DNA of 64,000 nt, taken from Tubiluchus corallicola (Eukaryota; Animalia; Priapulida). Position numbers and translations under genes: made by a program. The notes below the pieces were generated by a model that saw only the letters and a program-made list of their open reading frames with translations, was not told the DNA's origin and did not search any database. Where the stretch lies: NCBI GenBank assembly GCA_030141605.1, contig JAQGDQ010000514.1:62001-126000 (forward strand), given 5' to 3'. Shown here piece by piece: positions 13,601-28,135 of this stretch; the stretch's first letter is position 1; the number at the start of each line of letters is the position of its first letter.

Positions 13601-16600
13601 AAACGATATTGTTAAAATGTCTTCCAGTTTTTTGCGAGCATGAATGTGTGAACATTATGCTTTAATACCCTTGTGTGTTAAAGGACAAGAAAAGTGAAAC
13701 TTAATGCAACTTTCAAAAACGCACATTATGAAACAGATGTTCACTGTTTTGTCGTAATTTTATGCAAATGAAGAACTCATATTTGCATATTTTAAATTTT
13801 CAACACTGTGCCAAACTTTGGCAGTTTGCAGATTTCTTTAAGATAGACGTGCGCAATTTTTTTTTGCGCTACGATTTGTTATAGTAAAATGTTAGTTGAT
13901 CATAAGGATAGCAGTGCCACGTACTAATGCTACACTTTACCTGGCTTTACATACAAACTGAAATTTTCTCATCCAATAAGCTTAGGCATCCAATAAGTAA
14001 TGGATTTTTTAGTATTTACTGGGTTAAACATTTTAGTTATACATCCATGCAGTGTACCACACTGACCATTTGCAACATGTTCTGGTGCTTTATACATTAG
14101 CTTCAAGTTAGTGAAGTGGATCTGGAATGTCATACTTATCCAGTGATATTCTTCGGGCTAGGATAACTCAGCAGATGAATTTAAAATGTAAACATGGACT
14201 TTCTTTTAGTGCGAGCATCAGAATTATACTGTATAACGTCATTATAGCGAACCTGCTAGGAACCCAGAAAAAAGTACTCTATAACCAACCGTACATGGCT
14301 AAAGTGTATATGACTACTAGATCGACAACTGTATTATTTTTAAGTGTATTAATAATATACACTGTTTGGCTTCACAGAGGCTATTAAGTACTTTTAGAAG
14401 ATGCTATCGAGTATCAAGCACTTTGCAGTGTATTCCAATTCAATGAGAAGTATTTTATGTTTCTTCAATAAACTAAAGTTAATGAATGTTTCATATTAAA
14501 TTACGTGTACACATTCAGTTGTAAATGTACGTGAAGTAAAGTTAATGAGATTCAAAAAAGCCAGTCGGTTTTGTTTGCACAAAAAAGGGCCGACAAAATG
14601 TCTGCAAAACGCAATAACCAAGTAAGCTGTTTTCGAAACTATTATATTAGTTAAATGAATGTTTGTTCTTTTTGTCAGTTCGTATTACTGGTGCGCGTGC
14701 AATAAGCCATGTTCAGTATAATGACATTATACTGTAGTGTATGCACAAAACTGTCATTGACCAGAAGCTAGTTTTCTGAAATTTATATTAAAAGACCATT
14801 TTATTGTCCTGTAACAAGAGTTCTGTTTTGGAATAATGCAACAGTGTTAAATTTCAAGTCGTTTCAAGGTGAAACTGGCTATCTTGTATTAACTAATTTG
14901 CAACGAGTTTCTCAGGTGTTATAAAGTGTAGTACAGTAGTAAATTTTTTTCGGCCATATTTAAAAGTATTATCTCTAAGTCGATACTTCAGTGCTGTAGT
15001 ATACGTTATATTAATATTAATTTGGTAGTATACATCATGTTCATTGAAATATATGCTAGCCAATTTTTTTATCTTTATAGTGGTTAGTCAGTAATTTACC
15101 GGTGGTAGCGTGAAAGTTGGAGAATCTTTACTGTTTCCTGTGTTCAATGTGGTGCAATTCTGTTTATTTTATGTGGTTAAATACTTAGGAACCGGTGGTT
15201 TAACAAAGTCATGTCAAATCATTGCTACTTATGAATCTCATGGCATAGTGAGATACAAGGAAGTTTGTTTTTCACGTGTAAGTAGCACATTCCAGTTTAT
15301 TGTATTAATCCCATTTTCAGTTTTTCTGAACCTTCTATTAAAGAAACTGACATTATTCACCACCAGATGGTGCTTAGATATGGTAGTGATGCTTTTTTAG
15401 CATTCTCACTATTTATGCAAATTCAAAAAGTTGTTCTAATCAGCACTTGTATAATATTTACATACCACTGAACAAAAAAGTATGTAATTTTGTTTATTTC
15501 AACATGTATTTCACTTGAAGTAACGTTGTTTATTTCAAGGTTTAACTATAATTATGCTTAATAATGAAGATTTCTTGCTGTTATTAAATATCTGTGATCA
15601 TATCATAGCGTCTCAGTTTTAAACCCAAAAACCAGGCTATTAAAAAATGTGTGACAGAATGGAAAAATGTAATATCATGGGACAGTAATGTAACTATTCT
15701 TTTGGGGCCCACTTTTCAAAATAATCTAGTAGACCCCTATCATTTAAGGGTAAAAATTTTATGGCCTATGGTTTTTATGCACTACAGTTTTTAGAATCAA
15801 TTGTAAAACTGTCACAGCTTACTTTTAAATTGTTTTTCCTCATGATTTTATGCTGGTAGAAGTGTCGTAAAATTATGTTGGTTCTTCGTGACCGACGTCC
15901 TCTGCATAGTCCAGGGCCTTAGGTCATCCTGTGTGCATTTAACGAAAAATTTTGCCAACATACATTTTTATGTTATTTGGAGGTCACATTATGTTTTTTG
16001 AAATATGTTATTCGGAATTTTTCCACTATATTTAGTATATCAACACAAAATTGTGATTTTGTCAGAAAAGGGAGCGCATTGTGAATAACACCTTGGAATA
16101 CACATGGTTGAATACAATACAGGGGCCTTATTTACTGGCAATCAGCAATGCATTGCATTTATTACGAGTATCAGTAGCAACAAACAGATGAATTAGTAAC
16201 AATAGTATTTGTTTGTATGTTACGTCAACCTATTGTTTGCTTAACCTGCTATATATCTTAACACTTACTCTTAATTTTGTATTTTTTTGAACTATTACCT
16301 GTTACTATGAACCATGGTTTGAAACAAAATTCTTTTTGTTTGTCGTTATCAGTAAACTATTAAAGCTTCCTTAGAGTTTGATAATTTTAAGTTTTTTGAT
16401 AGTGCACAGGAAACAGGTATGTTGTTCACGACAAGTTTGTATGATTCTTATCTCTGCAAACTTATTGTCTTGTAGCATTCTTAATTTAAAGGAAAACATT
16501 GATGAGTTTATACATTGTACCCCTCTTTTTGTTGATATATATGAGGGGTACTTGAACATTTCATCTGACTCACAACAAATGTAACTGTAAAAAAATTAAC

Positions 16601-16779
16601 TGTTTGTTTTGTTGGATCCTTTAGTGTCATCAACATCACAAGGCATAGACAGCTAGTAGTTTTCTATGTTTTTTTGTTTACATTGCCATGCTAACTCACA
16701 CTTGTGCATTTCTGTACAATACAGCTTTTACTGTTTACATAACCACAAATACCTCATTTTACACTGACATTGGCTGCAA

Positions 16780-17260
16780 TGACATCCGATCAGATCCGCT
16801 ATAGGCTGGCTGGCAGCAAAAATTAATAAGTTGTTGACATGCTTTTGATGCTTCCACTTGTGCCCAATATGGTTCCCATGTCAGTTTAATGGACTTCTTC
16901 CAGCCCCAGTCAAATAGTGATGATAAAGCTGGAGCAGTGATCCATGCCTGGCTGCAACAGTATCATGCTCGATATACCACACATCTGGCATGCTCTAACA
17001 GTGTGGCAGATGTTGGAAAAATTGACCTTTCAATTTGAAAAGGTCTATGTGCTTTATGAACTGACATGAATGTGCTAGCTTTGTCCTACTGAAGTACTAC
17101 AAAACGTTCAAGCACTGGTGCCAGGTTAGTCAGCTGCTCAGCTTTAGGAGTGCTGTTTAGAGATATAAATACTTCTGCAACTTCCTTACGTACTTGCCAT
17201 TTGGACCAAGCTGTATTCTTCCTTTGAAAGTCGGGTCGCAACCATTAAAGACATAGAATC
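16780..17260 (-). mobile_element. Degenerate DNA-transposon-like ORF remnant
   Basis: Minus-strand translation gives GRIQAWSKWQ...FPTSATLLEHARCVVYRA*YC...LFDWGWKK...WEPYWAQVEASKACQQLINFCC, resembling the GKKTAW...PPT..AL..H..RA..Q...WGW...C.C ORF family common in invertebrate repeats; contains stops. Confidence 0.55.
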
Positions 17261-19427
17261 AAGTCAAAACAACACAAACTTGTTAAGGTGACATAACTTA
17301 TCCTCATCGCACACAACTATGCCACACTCGGAGTCATGAAGAGCAACCTGATCAGGATTTGCATTTCGGCCACTTCCTCGATGCTCAAACCCAGCCAAGG
17401 CGTGGCCAGATGCACAGCTTTGCTAGAGTGACAGCAAAACGAAAGCTGAGCATCTCTCCCAAGACAACCCAGTCAAACTAACTCTTCATATATCAAAAAA
17501 AGGAAAGAAAAGTAAAATTTAAAAAAGGGGACCCGGATTCCTATGATAACTAGCCTTTCTGTTGCAAAATAACAGTCCAAGCATGTTATACAAGCTACAC
17601 TTACGAAGTGAGGCGTTATTGGCACTTTGAGCACAGCCTAATTGGCAGTGTGACAATTAATTGCCAAAGAGAAAATAAAGTTAAGGATTAAATACCTAAC
17701 AATTCATGTACAATGCTGAACAGTGATAACCTTGAAAATGTACATTTATAATTTTTATACGCCATCGTCTCAGTCATCATGCTTCACTGTAATAATTAAA
17801 ATACGGTCTTTATAAGGGGCATTATATATATATATATATATATATATATACTATACACCGTCTCTATACTGGGCATTACTCCAAATCATTGAATTTAAAG
17901 CCTGTATCTAGACACTAAAATAATCATCCCATCCCCAAAAGAACATGTAATACAGGTAATGTTTTACACAAGCTTTTGGAGCCATCTTGAAATCCCAAAT
18001 GAGGTGGCAATAATGTTTTAAACATCAGGTTGGGTTATCTGTTCTAACAGCTAAGGAAGTGTCAGCCATCTTGTTCGCCATCACGAAAATGGCAGCAACA
18101 ATGAATGATTGTCCATGAACCACATCCAAAATTAATAACCTTGATGGGTGTTAGTATTGCAGAAAATTCCATAACGTTTAGGCAATTTTTTCACCATTCT
18201 CTAGACCATTTTTTATTTAAAAATTTGTGTGCTTAGAAGGCTAAAACATTGTAAATAATGAGATTAAAATTTGTAATAATGAGATTAAAATTTGTAACCC
18301 TTACATTATGCAGAAAATTATGCTATGTTGGCAAAAGTTTCCACCAAGTGCACACAGAGTCACTTTTTCAGCTGTAAGGCCCTGCACTGCTAGCAGCAGG
18401 TGCGTAGTTACGCTACTGTCATAGGAGCAGGAGCTGTTAAAATTCATGCTGCAACGGTCTACTGTAAACATTAATTTGCTGTGGCATATCATTCTGGTTA
18501 GACTGTATGTGATGGTGTGTTACACTGCAGATGACAGAGTCTGCAACGTTTGCATTTTAATCGCAAAGGTAAAACTTGTGCAATCTTATTTGTCATTGTT
18601 TTTTATCGTCTGCAATTAAATAACTTCTGTTTAACTATTGTGTGGACGGTTACGATTAAATTTTTTCTTGTTACTTTTTGCTTATGTTACACAGGCATGT
18701 GAAAAAAGTTAGTGCACCAATAAAGTTTGTGTGCAGTTACTACTTGTCGAGTTTTTTGCATTAAGAATAAAGTAGCCTCTTGAAATTAAAAGCAAAAAAC
18801 CACAGACTATAATAGGGCTACAAAACTATTTTGATATTAAAACTTTGAAAATGGAATTAAAGAGAGCTTAGAAAAAGGAAAAACAAGCAGAATCCATTGT
18901 TACGAAATTATTAATTCAGATTTATTTCGGTTTTGCAAATTAGCTTTTATCATGCCCGAAGCATTGAAACTGTTTCAAGATTACATGATTATGACTGTTT
19001 CTCTTTTTAGTTAAAATGCATGGGTTTAAACAACACAGCTTAAGTGGATTTCATTCTGCTTGACTGCAAATAGTGTTTGGCATGCAGAAGCATCTGACTT
19101 CTGTATCTGGTTTATCTTTACAGTTTAGTGTTCTGTGCTTTAGACAGTTAAAACTCATTGCAAGGTCTCACTATGGCATACATCTGAGTTGGACAACGGG
19201 AACTGACACCATTAGTAAATAAATTACAAACAAAATTATAATTTGAAAAAATCAGCCTTAAAACTTAATGCAATTAGAATGCAAGTGGTAGATTAAGATT
19301 CGTTCCAAAGACGAATTGTAGAGACATGCCAGCAATGTGACTTTGGAAACTACAGATATTCAAAACCCACATATAAGCAAAAATAATTTACAGTATTTAC
19401 AATGATGAGATTAAAATACATGTTTTG

Positions 19428-22400
19428 TCACTTTGTTTTCAAAATATGAATAATGTGTTCACTTAATGCTAAATCTGCTGCAGTGCTGCCACCTTTGTCG
19501 GTGTGAGAGACGTCTGCATGATGACGCATCAACAACTTTACAATGTCAGTGTGATCACACGAGCTGGCTGTAATTATAAAAAGAAAATTACCTACAGATT
19601 ATGCAAAAATGAATACTATTAAACGGAATTAAAAGTAAGCTATATTAAGCAGTAAATTAAGTTATAATTAATTAAGTTTCAGTTTCAGTTTTATTCATAT
19701 TTCTGTGCTTTCTTCAGTTTTATGCTTATTTTCTTTATTTGTGTAAGGATGATTTACTTTATTTCATATAATATAATTTCTACTTTTCTTTACAAGTTAT
19801 ATCAAATAAAATTGCAAACTAAAACATTATCGTCAATTAAAGAAAGAGTAATTACAAAAAACCCGCCATTGTAAGATTATTAGTAGCGATCAAAATAAAA
19901 TTAGTGATAAATTAATTATCACTGAAGTTGGCAAAATTTTGGTACACCCTCCCCAGAATTAGCATGGACTTCCCCAATTACCCATACAATGCCATTCACT
20001 TCAATTATAATTAATTTTGGTATTGTTAGATTTACTGATTACTAGATTTTACTGATTAATTAGTCTTCCTACCTGATAACTACAATTTGACTATTAAGAT
20101 GATGATGATGAAGCTTCAGGCCTAAATAAATATGGTTTCACTTAGTACTTACTCACCATAATGAAGAGGTGTTTGATCATCACCATCCTAAATAACGAAG
20201 TAGTATTAGTTAAAAATGTAGCAATGTGAAGTGATATTTAAACTATTACAAGCTGCATAAATTGCATGACACAGATGGGAGGCCATTAACACTTCACTGC
20301 CTGTATGATGAGAATCTTCCATCATAAAAATGCTTTTTGACTGGCCTATATGACAAGACTGTGCCATCATGCTTAATGTGCAAATTAAATGACACGTACA
20401 CTTCCACGAATCAGGCTAGTGAAAGTAAACAGTGGTGCTGTCCTCTCTTGACCAAAATGTTGGCCATAAATTGCCTATAGCCAAAAATTTGGGGTAAAAC
20501 TTACAGAAGAGATTGCTGTCATTACAGTAAAACTAATGGTGATGTAGCAAAAGTTGCACTAATCTGTAGTCTGCAGTAGTATCTGTAGCAAAAGCAACTT
20601 AATTTTCTTATGCCAGCTACAATACAAACTTCATGGCAGTAAGGTTCAGATTCAGTATAATGGAAGGAAGAAACCTGATAAATTCCATAATGGTTGATCC
20701 TCTGCTTATGAATTTTGGTACGTGTCACACAAGTTAGTATACTGCATGTAAAAGACATTCTGTTAAGAGATTACCTTGATATCTACATCGGCACCCGAGC
20801 GCAACAACAAATCAGCAATGTCGTAATGTCCTCGATCACATGCCCAATGAAGAAGTGCCATATCCTGTGGAATAGCAGATATGTTAACTTATGTTATCGT
20901 ATTAGAAACAATGTGTGAATATTGAAATCAAGTGAACGTGGTTGATGCAAAATATATCAAAACAAATTTAATAGACACATTGCAACACTTACTTGACAAG
21001 TTACATTTCTGTAATTAAAATTGCCATTATACAGAAATAACATAAAATGGCAAGGTGAGGTTATTAATTCCAGCAGATGTCTACACGGCTCTGTTTTGAG
21101 GCACATGCCCATCAAGTTGTTGAAAAGCTCATTAAATTAATCTTGTGTCTGCCCAAATCTGTCTCGCTGCTCTATACTCCTGTCCTTAATTTGCATCAAA
21201 AATGATGACCAAGATTAACCTTCAAATTAGTTTATTATAAAATAATTACTTTCGAGTAATAAACTTTATATAACCATATTAATGTGGCAACTAGATGCAA
21301 CCATTTTAGTTATGAAGTGGTCTTGTTAACACATCTGAAGTGTATCTATGAATATATATTTATAATAAATAGAAAGAAAGAGCAGAACTAAGACAAAAAC
21401 AGCTAAGAGTACCTCTAGTTGATATAAGGTTATTTACATATCTCTTGAAACATTGATTCTATTAAGTGTTATAATTCAGATTACAACACTCCCACCACGT
21501 TTCTATTGAATTTTAGAAAATCAAACCAAAACTGATCTTTGATACCTGGTCATCTTTCTGATTCACATTCACATCACCAGCTTCAATACATATTTCTACT
21601 TGTTTTAAGTTTCCATCCACAACCCAGTCAAACACTGTTTTCTCTGATTCTGGAACAATCTTTTCGTTGGGATTCTGCATACAACTGACAACAACTCCAC
21701 CCAAAGTCGATCGTAATGACTTTGATTCTTGTCCCTATATGTAGTAAAGGACTATTTAACTATAACTACAAAGAGTGAAGAGGTAAGAAGGGGAGAATTT
21801 AAATACAATTACTGAACTTTAAAACAAGTGCAAATATACTAAAGATAAGAATTGGAATAACTAACAAGAAATAAGCAAAAAAAAACCACAATGGCATGAG
21901 GTGTCAAATCGATTAAAAATAGTTGAGAAAGTTCAAATTAGCTTACAAAAGTTATAAAGCCTAACAAATATTGTAATTAGCAACTTTTTGAGAAAATTTT
22001 GAGTGATTAGTATAACAAAGAATTTAAGTACGTGACACAGAAAACTATAGCTTGAATTTAGTACGCAGTTTGGTTTAAGAACACAATAATAACTAATAAA
22101 AAGAAAAGAAAATACTTACTAATAACGGACTTACCTGAGTGGCATTTTGCCATCCAGGATCAATCAATGTCATTTGATCAACATATTCCTGCATGGCTTC
22201 TTCCCTGCTCATATCTTCTAACTTCTTCCATGCATCCCTGTTTGCAAATAAACTTACCAAGCTCTCTAAAACTGTTTGCATCACTACAGAACACAAACAT
22301 TTATTTCATTCTCCTAATTCACACATAAATAAATCACTAAGTAATGTCTTAGATGCAGTGAATGATGATCCTTGCTGGCCCTCAAGAAATGAGCAAAGCC

Positions 22401-23301
22401 TTGTTTTCTAAGGTTTGAAAGAGTAATGGTGTGTTCTTAAACTATAAATTGTGATAAAGAGATTTTGATCCAAAGCCATTCATTATCTAGCATTTAGAAA
22501 CTTAGAAACACACATTATACTAGAGTGTAACGTGCAGTGTCATGACAGTGCATCAGCTGGTTGTATGAAAATGCACAATGGTACACAACCAATGATCGCC
22601 AAAGTCAAATACTCTTCTGTTAACATGAGAGTATTACAAGCTATTTTTACTGACAGGCACTCACCCAGTCTAAGTTCCACAGATGAATTTTCTTATTATA
22701 TTGCAGAGAGCTTATAGGCCTAGAGAAGTAATTTGCCAATCTCGTGGGTAACTCTTCAACTTCAGCAAAAGCACATAAGTTGCCGCATAATAGCAATGGA
22801 TTTAATGTCAACTTCTCAAAAACTAAGTTTAAGAGGATAATTTTCTGACTACCTTTCTAATTTTCAGCACTTGGGAATAAGAGGAATAAACTAAATTGCT
22901 ATCAGTTAAAGATTTAACCTAGTTTCCACTCTCAGACTTTATTGTACAGCACTTTATATAATTCAAAATTTTTTGACTCTGATTCAAGGGAGTGAGGCAA
23001 ATGCTTTTGTACCTTTATTAATTGAAAATTTAGGAGACAACATGTACCTTTTCCCAGTACCTGTGTAATTAAAAATCTCTTTTAGTATATAATACTGTGC
23101 ATTTTTATAATTCGTTAAAAGTTTTTTGCCTCGAAAGTTTTTATTCATTGTACCACCATCATTTCATAATTTTCATATAAAATTTAAATTTCAAAATAAA
23201 ATGCTGTCTTGTGAACATTCTAAAGCAAAAAATTACCATTTCTGCCTTCCCTGAAAGTCAAAGAATCCCGGCTTTGACACATTGCATGGACCAACTGTAG
23301 C
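19428..23301 (-). CDS. ACBD6: Acyl-CoA-binding domain plus ankyrin-repeat protein (ACBD6-like); first coding exon not found in window
   Basis: Minus-strand GT-AG exons 23237-23301 (ATVGPCNVSKPGFFDFQGRQKW), 22135-22237 (DAWKKLEDMSREEAMQEYV), 21546-21734 (KTVFDWVVDGN), 20775-20864 (DMALLHWACDRGH), 20157-20187 (DGDDQTPLHY), 19428-19567 (ASSCDHTDIVKLLMRHHAD...stop). Phases are consistent. Confidence 0.93.
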
Positions 23302-24122
23302 CTAAAAATGTACGTGACAAAAACAAAATTTTACAGAAACACAGCTAAGGCAAAACTTATTTTCTAAAAAATGTACATGGGTGGTTTATAACCTTTTGCT
23401 AGGAGGATACAAATACCACAAGTAACAGTACAGTTATCTTTGCATCAAAGTATTGCTGGAACAATAAAGAATCTATCATGTCCTCACAATTTAGTGTGGA
23501 AGCTTCTCGTTTCAAACACGCCCTCCAAACTTGAGCCTATGATCGATGCAGTGGCACGAAAACTCTGGGATTAATTTTTTGTGAACAAAGCTGAATTGCA
23601 TGGCAATTTACAGCATTTCAAACCCAAAAAACACATTTGAACCATCTTCAAAGTTAGAGGGGATACTAAGATGATATAAAAGAGACATTGATCAATACTC
23701 AACCGACAAGCTCGGCAGATATCTGCAAGATGTGTTGGAGGATCTCTTAGTCCTTCAAGTCGCTGCTCCAGTCACATCCTTCAAGACTGCAGGTCATTTG
23801 TTTCAGCAGAACTTTGATGCAACAAATTGTAATGTAATATTACTTGTTGTTTTTGTACCTCCCTAACAAACAGGTTAGGTACCACTCTATATTTTAACCA
23901 GAACAGTTATGCCTTTAGCAATACGTAACTCGTTATGCTTCGTTCCAGTTACGTATTGCTCAGTGCGAATATACTGTAGAAGCAAATCCCTCTACAGTTC
24001 TGCAATGAATAATTAAGTCTAGTTTTCCAATGTGTCGCCTTTGTCTATAGATTTAGTAGGACGATCATTTGGGTCACTAAGCACTGAAATTGGCTATTTA
24101 AACAATGCTGCTCCATTATTTA

Positions 24123-24708
24123 GTTACTATTTGAGCCACGTACACGTCTTTCTTTAGATATTTGGCAATAGTTTCACGAAAGTTACATTCATTACAATGG
24201 AGAACGGTGGGATGATGACAGCCATATTAGTAAGTGTAATATACAGTTACTATTTGAGCCACGTACACGTCTTTCTTTAGATATTTGGCAATAGTTTCAC
24301 GAAAGTTACATTCATTACAATGGAGAACGGTGGGATGATGACAGCCATATTAGTAAGTGTAATATACAGTTACTATTTGAGCCACGTACACGTCTTTCTT
24401 TAGATATTTGGCAATAGTTTCATGAAAGTTACAACAATGGAGAACGGTGGGATGATGACAGCCATATTAGTAAGTGTAATATACAGTTACTATTTGAGCC
24501 ACGTACACGTCTTTCTTTAGATATTTGGCAATAGTTTCATGAAAGTTACAACAATGGAGAACGGTGGGATGATGACAGCCATATTAGTAAGTGTAATATA
24601 CAGTTACTATTTGAGCAACGTACACGTCTTTCTTTAGATATTTGGCAATAGTTTCATGAAAGTTACAACAATGGAGAACGGTGGGATGATGACAGCCATA
24701 TTAGTAAG
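24123..24708 (+). repeat. Tandem array of the 123/117-bp unit, 5 copies
   Basis: Unit GTTACTATTTGAGCCACGTACACGTCTTTCTTTAG...GCCATATTAGTAAGTGTAATATACA starts at 24123, 24246, 24369, 24486, 24603. Confidence 0.95.
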
Positions 24709-25281
24709 TATTTTCCGCTAGTTTGATGTGACCTCAGATTTAAGACCACCATTACCAAAGCTTATTTTAATTTCCACATAATAATCATAATAGTTGTACT
24801 CTTGATTTATGAGCACAATTAGCAAAGCTCATTTTAATTTCCGCATAATAACCATTAATATATTTATTTGTAAAAAAAACACTACGTAATTGGGACGTAA
24901 TAACGAGATTAGGTGAGAGCATTAGGGCGAGAAAAAAATCCCTTCTAATTGTAATTTAAGAAGAGTTGTTTCCGCGAATGAAAAAGACCATACGTGTTCG
25001 TTCGTTTGCTCAGTGGCACCACAGTGGACGCTCCGAAATTTGGGGTAAGTGTAATTTTATTCTTTAGCGTGTTTTTAGTTTTATAATGACACTTTATTGC
25101 TTTTTCAATAGCAAAGCAATAGACTTTAATTACATCATAATTCGTGTAAGTGAAATTCTTCTTTGCAATAACGTGTGCACACGAGAATTCCATGCTATAA
25201 CGTTTGAATAGCGTTAATTATTTTCTTACAGAATACAGCTTTATAAGAATCAACAAACACCGCTATATCGTCTTAATCATC

Positions 25282-25477
25282 ATGGACCCAGAACGCATTT
25301 TCAGGTGCCAGGTGGTAGTGAGAAAATTACGCATTGTCACCTGCGATATATGCGGGCGGGTCTGTCGTAGTATGAGAGCTATGCAGAGACACGTCACGAT
25401 CGATCATTATGGCCACGAAAGAAACTTTCTTTGCCACGTGTGTGGTCATACGGTCATGACGCAATACGGTCTACGCT
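25282..25477 (+). pseudogene. Truncated C2H2 zinc-finger ORF fused to a viral G fragment
   Basis: CDICGRVCRSMRAMQRHVTIDH and CHVCGHTV; longer copies at 36115 and 45378. Upstream intron-like GTAAGT(25045)...TTTTCTTACAG(25231). Confidence 0.75.
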
Positions 25478-26367
25478 ATAAAACTACTGAAAACTTTTGG
25501 GGGACGAAACAAAACGCCCGAAGTAGCTGGACAGAAACTCCAACTGAGTTGACTTATACAGAGTGCAAAAATCTAAAATGGCCTAACAAGGATTTCAGTT
25601 TTCAATATCATTGGTGTGGCTCGGCAGACTATACTACATATTGATGTTATTTTAAAACTGGGTTCGTTGACATGACTCATGGGGGACTTCCCTTTATCGA
25701 CCTAGGAAATATCGGTCATTGCTTATACACCACCGGACGATGTGCAACACCCGAAAATCTCTGGGTGCAATGGACAGTTAATCCATCAACCCTTAAAGAA
25801 TTTCTTCCAGTTGGTACTATGAATGCTTCCATTTCAAAAGGGATGATTATGATTCCTTCGCTCCAAGAAGCTTATGCCTTTGACCCTTCCGTAAACTTAT
25901 CACTTAATTTAAGAATTAATACAACTTCTGAATTTGCCTTTGACATATTAAAAATATATTCTAAGCCTAATAATCAAAAAATATTTCCCACTGTTGATGC
26001 CTTGGCAAAACGAATTGAATCAGTTCGAAATGAAATTCTTGGTAAAATTCAATACTTGACCGAAAAAATCTCAGGACCAATAACTGAAGTAAATGAAATG
26101 TGTCGACTGTCAAAACTTTCTTCAAATCTAATTCTGTCATTAGCAACATTGAGTCCTTCTTTATACATTAGAAACATCCTTCAAAATCCCTTTCTTATTG
26201 CCCAAATATCTGGAAGTTTTGTATCGTCCATCCCTGTCAAAAGGTTTACGATTATACACTTAATATAGAACAGAAGACCTGTTATCGGGAAATCCCGATT
26301 ACTTACAGGCTCACTGTGGGAGGAACAGACTATACAGGTTACCTTGATCCCAGAACTGACACAATCA
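25478..26367 (+). pseudogene. EVE: Mononegavirales class III (rhabdo/lispi/nyami-type) glycoprotein fragment, variant 1
   Basis: TTENFWGTKQ and QYHW (bipartite fusion-loop-like), HCLYTTGRCAT, LATLSPSLYIRNILQNPFLIAQISGSFV, then after a frameshift PCQKVYDY...TCYREIPITY...GYLDPRTDTI; one internal stop. Confidence 0.7.
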
Positions 26368-26469
26368 GCAAGTTCTTAGACTTTCTAATTCAGAAATGTA
26401 AGTCATCACTAATATTTCATTTCACACAATTTTGCTTCTTGCAAATATTTGTTTCGGCGTCAATTCCTG

Positions 26470-26995
26470 TAATGTCCCAATTGCCCCCGGCAGATCATTC
26501 TATCGATATATATAAAGGGCAAGGACTACTATACACAGGACAAATAGCGGACTACAGGCCCATCTACATGGCCACGGGCGCTCTTCTGGAATGGATGAGC
26601 TCAATGGATTTGGAAAAAAGTATAATGGCCTCTTTGTTTGGCGGCTTGGATGCATGCACAATAGATGTAAGATTTTTGGGGCCATTTCATTGGCAATTAT
26701 TGAATACGTTCACGGTTCACGTGAATTGCGACTGTTTAGGAGCTAATGCACGAATTTTATTGCAGAAATGAGAAAAACTTTTCCAAACAACATTGGAAGT
26801 ATTCAATTCGAACATAGATCACAAAATTCGATTTGCTATTAGAAAAATTTAGGAGGATTTTTTACCACGACACGGGTTGACAAACGAAATAGAGTGTCCA
26901 TTGACGTCGTTAGCCGTGGTAGCAGTGGCCGTGGCAGAACCAGCACCTTTCGAATCGCCGTTCTCGATTCATCTGGGCAGAGGGAATTATGTTTT
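26470..26995 (+). pseudogene. Unassigned disrupted ORF X (second copy 31665-32175)
   Basis: Long reading frame PPADHSIDIYKGQGLLYTGQ...EPAPFESPFSIHLGRGNYV broken by stops; no family recognised. Confidence 0.4.
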
Positions 26996-27140
26996 TTTCT
27001 TTTTCTTGAGAAATGAAATTTTTAAACATTGCGATTGATTATTTAACGGCAACAAATGTGCATTTTAGACTTCTGTGCATTCGTTGCCTAAATGTAGATC
27101 TTTAAATAAAATTCCGCAATGCAATTTAAGAGTGTTGATT

Positions 27141-27175
<35 letters not shown>

Positions 27176-27446
27176 CTCTAAAAAATACTCACGAGCCATT
27201 ATTTTCTTACAGAGTTTGAGTAAATAGAAACAAATGCGAATATACTGTAGAAGCAAATCCCTCTACAGTTCTGCAATGAATAATTAAGTCTAGTTTTCCA
27301 ATGTGTCGCCTTTGTCTATAGACTTAGTAGGACGATCATTTGGGTCACTAAGCACTGAAATTGGCTATTTAAACAATGCTGCTCCATTATTTAGTTACTA
27401 TTTTAACCACGTACACGTCTTTCTTTAGATATTTGGCAATAGTTTC

Positions 27447-28135
27447 ATGAAAGTTACATTCATTACAATGGAGAACGGTGGGATAATGACAGCCATATTA
27501 GAACCGGCACCTTTCGAATCGCCGTTCGTGATTCATCTGGGCAGAGGGAATTATGTTTCAGTAGGCGGCATTTTGCGCACCAAAATTTCAATTAGTAAAA
27601 AACACGTGCAACTTTACCATCGATACCCGAAGTAAGGCTCACATAGTATGAATATGAACAATTATTTTTAAAAAAAGACCGTATCAATTTTATCATTGCT
27701 AAACAAGAAGAACATAGAATGTGGATTTCGCCTAGGGGACGGCAGTCGTGCATGATGGGCAATACCATCTTATCCAACACGCTACAACACCGTGACCTAC
27801 GCGAACTGAAGGTAAGTGGTGCGACCACAATTTTTGACATCCGTCTATCAGTAAAAGCAGCCATCTGGAATGGAATTGTATTCATATATGAATTTAATCC
27901 AGCTAGTGGATTCATCTGTGATGGCTTTCATGCCCATCTTGTGCCATTCGAATTTAAACAACTCATGGGCGACCGAGTCAGAAAATTAACTAGTTCCCCA
28001 TCAACCCGGAAACGCACTAGAGAGGAAAGTTCCCAATCTACCCGGAAATGTACTAGAGAGGAAAGTTCTGCAATGAGATTCAATCGAGAACAATTGGCAG
28101 CCGGATCCCATCAGACAGCACGCAGCTGTCGTTGA
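27447..28135 (+). pseudogene. Unassigned disrupted ORF Y beginning in one 123-bp unit (second copy 32994-33640)
   Basis: MKVTFITMENGGIMTAIL-EPAPFESPFVIHLGRGNYV...MWISPRGRQSCMMG...RKRTREES; shares the EPAPFESPF.IHLGRGNYV segment with ORF X. Confidence 0.4.

Noticed and set aside
10630-16700. Short ORFs downstream of the CAT stop codon
   Set aside because: AT-rich 3' UTR or intergenic sequence; no motifs or consistent exon chain.
23835-23900. Possible ACBD6 exon 1 (minus-strand LLGRYK)
   Set aside because: Reads IEWYLTCLLGRYKNNK-stop: no KQ followed by a GT donor and no ACBP helix-1 similarity.
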